Assembly (NCBI RefSeq): GCF_006345805.1
Contig: NW_021833037.1
Span: 24,168 to 88,167 of the forward strand
Source: Octopus sinensis
Taxonomy: Eukaryota
DNA length: 64,000 nt
Direction of reading: 5' to 3'
The notes below the pieces were generated by a model. That model did not search any database. It saw nothing but the letters and a program-made list of their open reading frames with translations, and was not told where the DNA came from. Below are positions 53,492 through 64,000 of the stretch, piece after piece; the first letter of the stretch is position 1; each line of letters opens with the position of its first letter. Both the position numbers and the translations under genes were made by a program.

Positions 53492-56400
53492 GAACTACAA
53501 AATAATAAATACAACGTGATTGATTTTCATCTGAAAAACATAAAGCAAGCGAGAGAAAAGAGATGGAAGGAAGAAAGAAAGAAAGAAAGATAGAAAGAAA
53601 GAAAGAAAGAAGAAAGAAAGAAAAAAGAAAGGTGATCAGAATTGTGAACAATTTTGATTTGATCCAGGTTGAGGATTTTCATTCGTTTATGGATGAGTTA
53701 CCCAATTTGGTTCCAAATTTCTTCATTTTATACGTGAAAAAAATTAAATCTGTGTTTCACACATTCAGTTAATCTTCTGTAATTATTTTACGCAATTTAA
53801 GTAAAACTCGTATCATATCCTCATATAGTGTAAGATATCTGTTCGTCTCCCTCACAGACTAATGTCATCTACACACAATTTAGATATTACACCCCAGACA
53901 TGCATTATTTTCATCATCAAAGATATTGAGAATATTCACTGACAGTCACGTGACAAAAACCTAAACACACAACCTTTTGACAAAACGTTGCCTTTTCTCT
54001 TTTCTCCTTGGTAATCTTGTGTCTCAATCCCAAATCTATGCTAAGCGCATCAATCAAACCTTTATTAGAACTTTCACTCTCTGAAACGAAAACTCTACAA
54101 ACAATTTTTTATCCACAGACACCATTCGACGACATTGACCAGAGAAATCGTAGAGACTTTTCAAATGCCGACAGTATTGTCTCTCTTTCGATTGAAACAT
54201 AGAATACAAGTCAAGGAATGAAATAAACCCAGAAGATTCAAATTTGTTTACCGTCTCTATACTTGGTCGGCACAGTTCTTCTCAACTGATAAAAATAGGC
54301 ATTATTTTCCCCTGTTAGAATTTTCTCTGTTGAGTCATTTTCGTATAAAATACATCTTGGACTTATCGTTCTGCTCACGAAGGATTTACATGCAGAAGTT
54401 TCAAAACACCTCTTCGAACAGTCGAAGGCATCCACATCAAGTGTCATCAATGTTTTAGCATCTTTCAGATCACAGTGTTGTACTTTTATAAAATACGTCA
54501 GATATTCAACTGTAACAAAAACCAGGCAAATTAAACAACCCAAATAGGAAGACGTAAATAAAATATTGTGAAAATATATAATATAAAGAAAGAGAATATT
54601 AAATGTTTGACGATCAACATTGGTATGTTTACTAGGAAGAAGTGATAAAGTTGTTACTACCATAGTGTAGGTACAAAGCATCTTGGAATATATTATCTGT
54701 TTAATAAATATGAGTTTTTAAAGTTGTTTAATTCTCATATTTAAATGATTCGTATGTTATGTTCTATAATGTTCAACGGTTGTGCATTGTAAAGTTTGCC
54801 CCAGTATCAGCACTTTGTCAAATTTAACAAAATGCTTAGAAACTGACGAAACACTGACGAAATGGAAATTATGTTCAGAATTGAATTCGTCATTATTCGG
54901 CGGTTTTATCTTGAACTTAGAATTTTAAATTTTCTTTTCAACTAATTTACTATGAGAAGGAAAATATTTTCCTATACTGAACTTATAAATTACAATTTTG
55001 CGCTGTGATTTTTATAATGTTTATAGATAAAGGTCTATATATTGATATAAATCTACTCACGTCCATTTCCAAATGTCAATGAGATGTAGAAGAGAACTGC
55101 AACGAAAATTTATTTTGTAAAATATTTTATTCCATGTCCACGTTTAACATTAATTTACAAACATTAAAGACGAAAAGATTAAGAAAGAGAAGTGTTATAT
55201 GCATAATTCGATAATAAATACGACGATGACCACCACCACATCACCATAAAAATATAATGCGAGAGTTGACCACATTCTTTCTGCTGATCCATTCCTTGTC
55301 AAACCCAATTATGTTCTTAGAAAGGAATCTATGTCCACTGGATCATGTACCATCATTTGGAGACAAGAACGGTTAGGAAGGGATAAAACATCAAAGACGA
55401 TACATAATAACCACCTGACCACAATCGGGGAAATGACAGACAAAGATATCAAAAAGAAATCGTACAAGGATAAATTTATCAAAGAATGAAACAATATTTG
55501 TACTCAGATTGATATCGCAATTACTTTTTGCAAAAAAATTTCCTGGTGAGAGATGTGGAAACTGTCAATATTCACGATCCATGAATTTAAAATGAACAAG
55601 AATCAGGTATGAATTTGAAAACGATATGACTGAAGTACAAGATAAAAGCCATATCAACGATATTCTCAGTTCAAAAGATGATCCAGTTAAACCCGGCCCA
55701 CATGGTACGCAAGACACTTTCAATTTAGCCGTACATCTCAAATAGTTCCCTATATAATCACCGACCAATAAAATATTTACATTTTACACACACACATACT
55801 GTAAAGAATCACAGCGAAACCATGTAACACAACACATTCTCCAGACATTAACTGATCCAATAAAAAAGACAGCATATATTAATCTATATTCAAGAAAATA
55901 AAATCTGAGTAAAAACCTCCTAAATGAAATGCATCGAAAGATATATTTACTCATGCATAAATAAGGTTACCGTCTAATGATACTGACTTGTGATTCAGTT
56001 TTTCGAGGTTGCACCATGGTTATACCGATTAAATGTGGGATAAATATAATAATAAGAAGGATGAAATTCAAGGATGGAATTTATAAATAGTTAATACACC
56101 GCTACGCGCGTTTCCACAAATCACACGATTTAAACATCGGACTCCGTATCCTTGAGATTGGTACAGTATAGTCCGTATTATCCATGGGCATCCGATTGAT
56201 CATCATCATTCATTCATTTAATCAGGCGATACTACATTAGTGGATGAATTCCAGAGGAACTCTGACTAAATTGGCCTTTATACTGGCAAGACAGGATGAA
56301 CATACTAGAATTATTGTTGTTATTGTTGTTATTATTATTATTGAGTGAGAGGGCAGTGCACGCAATCAAAGTGACACTGGAGTAAAATATACAAAGCCCA

Positions 56401-56795
56401 ATATACTCATGATCATAACTACCCGTCTGATAAAGGTACACCAGACACATGCATCACAGCCGTATGTGTGTTCTTGCGTGGTCTCACTCGTGATGGTTAA
56501 TTCTTAAACAACTTAAAACATAATATATTAAATATATAATAAAATGTTTACATACAAATAACCTGAAGACACTTCCTCAGCAACATCCTCTCTGTTTTCT
56601 GGGTAGAAATGGCTATCAAGAACGAAATGTTACTAGTTTAAATCTACTTTCTTTATAAAGGAAAATCATTGTATGAACTTTTCATCGATTTATCAATATC
56701 AGATGCCCTGAATTATTTACATTAATTATGAATATGATCTGCGTTTAAATGTATTAACATATTGACGTACAACTCACTTATGATGGTAAAATCAT
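53492..56795. repeat. Segmental duplication, copy 2
   Basis: Contiguous homolog of 7534-9970, 20305-20637 and 21612-21945. Confidence 0.92.
54252..54509 (-). CDS. PAN/Apple-domain exon A (internal, phase 1-1, 258 nt)
   Basis: Same splice sites as A'; EYLTYFIKVQHCDLKDAKTLMTLDVDAFDCSKRCFETSACKSFVSRTISPRCILYENDSTEKILTGENNAYFYQLRRTVPTKYRD. Confidence 0.8.
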
Positions 56796-56867
56796 TAAAT
56801 GATACACACATACACACAGACACACACACACGCATATATATATATATACCTACATACATATATATAC

Positions 56868-56907
<40 letters not shown>

Positions 56908-56956
56908 GTATGTATGTATGTATGTATGTATGCATGTATGTATGTAAGTATGTAAG

Positions 56957-56987
<31 letters not shown>

Positions 56988-57174
56988 GTATGTATGTAAG
57001 TATGTAAGTATGCATATCACAGTATCAGTCAGACTATTAGTTGTTATACATCACTGGTCACAATACGCTCCGCATTGTTGTAGCTTTTGAATGATGCCAT
57101 CGCACTGGCTAAGTGAGATGGCCAACATTCCCTTTGATCGGAAGGTTGTTGCGTCACAGGGTTATTCATTTACA

Positions 57175-57400
57175 GTGGAGGTGCAATGACCCAGTGGTTA
57201 AGGCAGTGGACTCGCGGCAGTAAGATCGCGGTTTCGATTCCCAGACCGGGCGTTGTAAGTGTTTATTGAACGAAAACACCTAAAGCTCCACGATGCTCCG
57301 GCAGAGGGTGGTAGCAGACCCTGCTGTACTCTTTCACTACAACTTTCTCTCACTCTTTCTCCCTGCTTCTGGTGTACCTGTATTTTAAAGGGTCAGCCAT
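57175..57400 (+). mobile_element. tRNA-derived SINE
   Basis: TGACCCAGTGGTTAAGGCAG A box, GGTTTCGATTCC B box. Confidence 0.75.
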
Positions 57401-57513
57401 CCTGAATGCAAACACTCTAACCACTATGTCATGCGCCTCCAAGCACAAATACACTCACACACGCACACACACACATATACAAACACACATACACACACAA
57501 ACACAAGCACATA

Positions 57514-57600
<87 letters not shown>

Positions 57601-57617
57601 ATAATTATATATATATA

Positions 57618-57708
<91 letters not shown>

Positions 57709-58458
57709 CAAAATGGTACAAGAACGCAAAACATCCAGACAGTTAGGTGATACAAGAAAGGGACAACAAAACATCCAGATAGACAATACAAAGAAAACAA
57801 GTCGGATCATTAGGAGTTTTCTTTCCTCAGTCGAGTTCCAGATTATCTTTGCAATTTCGGCTGGTTATACTCGAGATTGCTCTAATCTGGTCAGCCCCAA
57901 GGGAAAACTAAGCTATGAGCATTAGAGTCCTTGGAAGAAAGCAGCGAATGTATACGAAAACAAAGACGGAAAAAAACGGAGAAGGCTACACAAATACAAA
58001 CAAACAGGACATAACAACAGGTGTCTTTCGACTAAGGACGAATTAAATTAAGCTGGCGTGTGTGGAAGTAAAGCCTTACGGCAGGGATACAAGATTTCAC
58101 AGACACAGGGAAGATTATATATGTTGCACGGACAGCAGCCGAACCAAGAAAGAAAGGTCAGGCTTGGCCGAACACCGGTCACGTGGGGAGAGAAGAGAAA
58201 GATGTAGAGGCAGAGGGACAGAAGAAATAAGGAGGTGCGAGAAAAAATGCCAGGGACTCAGTGAAGTGAAAAAAGGAGGGAAATGAGCATGAAGAGAAGG
58301 CAATGAAATACGAGAGAGGGGGAGCGAAGGAACGAAAAGTGGAGTTAACGAAGCAAGCGTGAAAGGGCTGATAGAAAAAAGAAAGAATAAAAGTGTAAAA
58401 GTCGTACATTTAGATAAATATATGCTTACATATAAGAGACCAAAGTGTACGTACGCCG

Positions 58459-58549
<91 letters not shown>

Positions 58550-58694
58550 CATACATATATATACATATATATACATATATATATACATATATATACAAGT
58601 ACGTATATTTCTATGTATCTATGTATAATTTGTGCTCCATACACATGTCAAAATACCGACTGTTTTATCAAAATAATGGGACAAACCAATGATA

Positions 58695-59135
58695 CGAGAG
58701 TAACTTGAAAAGTTCATAGGCTGACCAAGATACTTTCATGGAATGTGACCAATCCTTGAGCTCCATGCACTTCTTTCATTGGTGTTGCACTACTTGGATC
58801 CCACGGGAGGAAGAAGCTTTCATCCTGTTGATAAAAAAAATACATTGACAGCAGATATGGCGTCATCGTCACAGCGATACCGGCACCGATGAGCAGAAAC
58901 CTTCGTCATGCCTGTCTCATTGTGCAGAATATTTGCAACTCTCCCACGGGATATGCTAACAGCATTGGATATTTGATTTATAATCAATCGCCTGTCATGT
59001 ACCAGCATGTGGTGAACACAACCAATGTTTTCCTCGGTGGTCACAGCTGCAGGTCGTCCAGACCTTGGGCTATCTTCAAGATTCTCTCTTACCCTCCTAA
59101 ATTCAGCTGTCCATTTTTACACCGAGAATAAGGCT
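58695..59135 (-). mobile_element. Mariner N-terminal remnant joined to a terminal repeat
   Basis: TTEENIGCVHHMLVHDRRLIINQI...ILHNETGMTKVSA; terminal piece also present at ~25480. Confidence 0.75.
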
Positions 59136-59149
59136 GTAACGTCAACCCT

Positions 59150-60440
59150 TTCTCTGTACCTCTTCTGTCCATGTCACTAGTTTTGTGGAGATTTCCAGTT
59201 GTTATTAGAATTTCGGGGGTTTTAACGCCTATGGAGTGGATGTCTTGCACAGACCAATCGAGTATTCCCAATGTTGCAATCAACATTGGCACTGCAAATG
59301 CATTGTGGGATATTGTCTTGTATTTTTCTTAGTCTGCTGTAATATTCTTGTGTCACTCTATCTTTATTCACAGAACCTTGTTATAATATGTTTTCATCAA
59401 TGCCAAGATACTTGTAGCATTCTTTGTGTGGGTACAGGGGAGATGGTGAGACCCACTGATACACAAGTTTTGTGTCGGGTTGGGGCTGATTTTTCCCCGT
59501 TCAGCAATTGAGTAAGAGCATTCCTTCTGGTCAAATTCTTTTCTTGTCTGCTGAGAATGATAATTCCTGTTAGTTTTTGGAATTGCTAACATTTTAGCAT
59601 AAATATTGAGGTCGTTCTCAAAGAAATTATGGATTACATTAACATCTCTTGCAGTTTCAAACCCTAGAATGTAGCCTTTTGCTTTTAGTAGCAGGAATGA
59701 TAATGGATTTAACGCCAAAATGAACAGAAGTACAGAGTCTCCCCTTGGAATATCCCCTTTGAAATATTTATGGCATTGGAGACGATCGTTCCTTCCTGTC
59801 TCTCCCTCCCTCTCTCCCTCTCTCTGTTTTAAGTATGAGGACTGTGACCCTCTCAAGGTAGCAGATACTCTTGTCAAATGTAAACACATCAGCAGCCATG
59901 GGTGGGGAATAGAGTCAAATGCCTTCCTATAATCAAGCTAGACTGTTGTAAGGCTTTTTTTTTTTTACCTCAGATAGTTACAGCTTTGCTTATCAGAAGT
60001 CGTTCAGCACATTCTCACACTTCTTCCACCAGCCAGATCATCAGCTAATATGTTGTTGGACTCGAGTCAGTGATCCTGGAGGAATTAAAGGCGGTAGCTT
60101 GTGTACAATTTGTACATAACATTTAAGCAAGCAATTTTCATGCAATTTGGTGGTTTCATTCTTGGTTACTATGGTAAGCCAATATGGTTTGTCAATCTGA
60201 CAATATACTTATTAGTGGCTTCCTGTAAAATGTCATCCTCTCGTGCCAGTTTCCAACTATTAAGTCCCCGTCAGGCGCCTTATCATAATGTGGTTTGCCT
60301 ACAGCTATGGTGAAAATTTCCTGATCAATTGCATAAGTTTCACTGTTGATTCTGGTACAGTATTCCCTCTTTACTGCATTTAGTCATGATGCTTTGAGGT
60401 TGAGATTCCTCTTTTCGTTCCAGATTTGAGAGAGGGCTTT
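59150..60440 (-). mobile_element. Old R4-like LINE RT remnant
   Basis: KGDIPRGDSVLLFILALNPLSFLL...NFFENDLNIYAK resembles GIFQGDSLS...DDLKLY. Confidence 0.65.
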
Positions 60441-60509
60441 CTTAACGGTAATATTTCCGTTCCTCATCTCTCAACATGTATGTATGCATGCATGTATTTA
60501 TGTATGTAC

Positions 60510-60915
60510 GTATACTTTACATTAAGTTTGAATGAAACAAAGGTCATTGCGAAAACTGAACTGCTCTGAGACGTTCTACACCGCGTATTTGACAATATTA
60601 TTTATGAGACATTGTTAGGATATTGAATATCTTCTGAATTTAACATTGAATCACTTTCTGTAGTTTATGTCTTCGGTGCTGAACTTTATGTCCAACGTGT
60701 CGATGCTCCTCTCAACAATCCTCTCTCACCCGTCCCAATTCCACCGTCAGGCATGTCAACTACCAGTCCAATCACACAGCCTGTATTAGTAGACACAACA
60801 AGTCCGCTCTTCTATTTGGCGCCGCAGCATCATCAGTAGCTAAACCAACAGCCGTAAATCTGCCATCATTTGTTGTCAAAAGATATCTGAGGCGACAATA
60901 TTACGACCTCTGGGC
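60510..60915 (-). mobile_element. Mariner-derived deletion derivative
   Basis: 60520-60600 is homologous to the end of the 34440 mariner. Confidence 0.5.
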
Positions 60916-61548
60916 CTTATAGTAATAATAACAATATAATTACAGTAATAATAGTGAAACTATAGTAGTGAACAAGTAAATAATAAGATAGAGATTATAG
61001 TAGTAATAGTGAAATTATAATAGTGAACAAGTGAATGATTACCCAAGTTGATAATTACCCGAAATGATTAACAAGTGTCGTTGTGAAACAGTCGAGTCGT
61101 CGGCGACTAAACCGGTAACCTCACTAAGATTACTTGGTGGACTTTTGACATCCTGCGAGAGTAAAAGCAAAACCGGACAAAGGACAAAAGAACACAGAAG
61201 AGTCAATGGCCATCCCGAAAAGGGGTAGACAGAACTCGTGAGACTTGGTTGGCAGTCTGTCTAGGAGAAGGAACGCCCTGATTTAAAACTGGGGTAGACA
61301 GAACTCCTTCGTCACAATGGTGACAACCCGTCAGTGTTCAACGGCTTCATATCTGGGATGAAGACGAATGAACCGCGAACTGGGACTTAATTCCGGAGCA
61401 ACATGAGACCAACTGACGTTCACCTGTCTCCTAGTGAGAATCATGATCATGGTCCCCAACACACAGAAATGCGAAGGGAACAGGCCCAACGATCTGGTGT
61501 TACGATCTGGTAGCCATAGCCCGAACTTACTGAATCAATGAGAATAGG

Positions 61549-63990
61549 GTGAACCCAAAACAACAACACATCATGAAATTTTTTGTAAAACTTTTAACAA
61601 TTGTCAGCACGGAAAAAACAGCCTACATACAAAAACAAATATATACACAAACAAAAAAGCCAATGCCACCCAGACGTGCACTCAAAATATTCACAAAGGT
61701 AAATAGACCCAATACGCAAACACAGAAACACAAGATAGCACCAAACAGGCAAGAGGAACCAAAAGTGATAAAAACTATCAATGTAACTCACAAAGAACTA
61801 ACAGAAAACCAAATCAAAATACTCTCCAAAGGGTTCAAGTTTACACCCACCCCACAACACCACAACTACAATGAAATGAAAGAAAACATCGCGGAATTCT
61901 GTAGAAATTTACGACTCGCTGAGGAGCTATACGACAAATACAACGAGGACGAATCGTTGGTCCGAAATAAAAGTAACTACACCCCCTCAAAAGGTAAGAA
62001 CAAAACTCTTGATCATTTCTGTGAACACATCTCGAATTACCCATATCAACATATGCACAAACAAAAACACAAACTAAAATTCAGCAAAAAAGAATGGGCT
62101 GAGCTGAACAAATTAAAAGCTGACAAAACAATAACAATCAAAGAGGCTAATAAAGGGAGTGCAGTTGTCTTAATGGACACGGTATTTTATATAACTTTAG
62201 TACTATCCATATTGGCAGACACAACACATTATGAAAAGGTCCAAAAAAACAGTTAGCAAGAAATAATGAGAGAACTAAAATCCATGTTAAACCTATACAA
62301 GGAAGTGCTCACCGACAAAGAATATGACTATATGACCAATTTCAAAAGTAAATCCAGTCAATTCTACGGTATTCCCAAGATACACAAAGGTGAAAAAATA
62401 AGTAACGCATGCAAGATAACCACAGACATAATAATCAAAGTCCCTACTCCTAATGATCTCAAATTGAGACCTATAATAGCAGGTCCCGCATGCGAAACCC
62501 ACTGCCTCATTTACTTTTTAGATATCCTCTTAAAACCATTCCTCAAGCATGTCAAAAGTTATATAAGGGACGACCTGGATATGCTCAATCACCTTCCTAA
62601 AACAATAAACAAAACCACCCTACTAGTATCCTTCGATGTAGTCAACCTCTATTCCAATATCCCCCACAACCTAGAAATAGAGGCAATTCAATTCAGGCTA
62701 GAGAATTACGCCAACGAACTCCCACATCGCATCGAAAACGAATTCGTGATAGAAGGGCTAAAATTCATCCTGGAAAATAACTACTTCGTCTTCAAAGACA
62801 ACTTCTACCGACAAAAATCGGGGACTGCGATGACCACGAGAATGGCCCCCTCCTTTGCTAACCTAGTCAGGGAATATCTAGAAATTAGTCTTTATCGTAA
62901 GGTTCTAGAAAAATAGGGCAGCCCATTCTCCCTCTACATAGAAAATAACTGGAAAAAATACCTGGATGACTGTTTCATTCATTCTTTGGCATGAAAATAT
63001 AGAGAAACTTAAAGAATTCCAAGCACTTCTAAATGGACTTGACGTAAACATTCAATTTACGATGGAATATAGCCAGCAACAACTTCCCTTCCTAGACATC
63101 CTCATTAAGAAATCTAACAACGTAATAGAAACAGATATATACTGTAAGCCTATGGACTCCAAGCAATAGCTACTGTTCAACTAATGCCACCCCAGACACA
63201 CCAGAAGGAATATCCCATTCAACCTAGCAAAAAGGATATGTACTATAGTTTCTAATGCAAACACCAGAGACACACGACTACATGAACTAAAGGATACACT
63301 CATCACCAGGAACTACCCACCTTCACTAATTGACATATGCTTTCAACTTAACATCCAGAAACTCAGACATCCCAAATTAAAGAAAGATTTACAACCAAAA
63401 GCCCTACCATACATCTCCACACACAACCCTCTCAACAATGAAGCCTTCGACACCATCCTCCAAAACACACCCCTGCTAAAAAGGACTACAGAATGAACTT
63501 AATCCTCCAAACACACACCATCATAAAAAGCAAGAGACAGCCCAAATCTATGAAAAGTCTCCTAACACAAGCCCGAATACGCACAACAACAACACAGAAG
63601 CCATCAGTAAAAAAATACGGAAGACCCAACTGTGGGATATGCGTCAATTTGATTGAGGGATCAGAGTTCACCTTCAAACAAGGACAACGTTTCACAGTGA
63701 AAAGCAACTTCACATGTGCTTCGGAGAACCTGATATACGCACTAACCTGCTCTAGGTGTCAAGAACAATACATAAGCCAAACAAAAAACAGTCTACGTAA
63801 AAGAAAGGCTCTGCACAGATCCCAGATCAAAATTCCCCAAAAATTCAAGCTTCAGAATTTTTCCCCTCTACCAATTTAGGGACGATACAACCTGAACCCA
63901 ACGAATCGGTAAAGAGACTCTCTTTACTACAAAATACAGACCCCTTTTGAACGCGTCTGCAACAAACGACATACCCACCACGGCCTTAGA
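61549..63990 (+). mobile_element. Penelope-like retroelement, near-complete but disrupted ORF
   Basis: LSKGFKFTPTP, LRPIIAGP, SFDVVNLYSNIP, QKSGTAM...AP, YLDDCF, LPFLDI, GIY-YIG CASENLIYALTCSRCQEQYISQT; several stops. Confidence 0.92.
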
Positions 63991-64000
63991 ATAACACACA

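Overview
Eukaryotic, AT-rich, microsatellite-dense genomic DNA with no prokaryotic features. The repeat landscape (tRNA-SINEs, R4/Dong-, CR1- and Tx1-type LINEs, Penelope elements, mariner/hAT/Helitron remnants, (TA)n/(AAT)n/(TATG)n tracts) suggests a cephalopod, probably Octopus; this is inference, not a database match. Most of the window is transposons and simple repeats. Buried in it, on the minus strand, are five phase-1/phase-1 exons that each encode one PAN/Apple-like domain, in the order A(54.4k)-B(40.8k)-C(38.2k)-A'(8.4k)-B'(1.4k). This looks like a tandemly duplicated multi-PAN gene unit. By hand count, both paralogous exon pairs have diverged more than their flanking introns, mostly by amino-acid-changing substitutions, which suggests diversifying selection. 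Other highlights: a complete type-I hammerhead ribozyme at ~653-747, three variant hammerhead motifs, R4/Dong LINEs that sit almost always in (AAT)n tracts (including a chain of three), CR1-like LINEs in (TA)n tracts, and a possible tRNA-head/hammerhead-tail SINE split by nested insertions. All counts are by hand and element boundaries are approximate.
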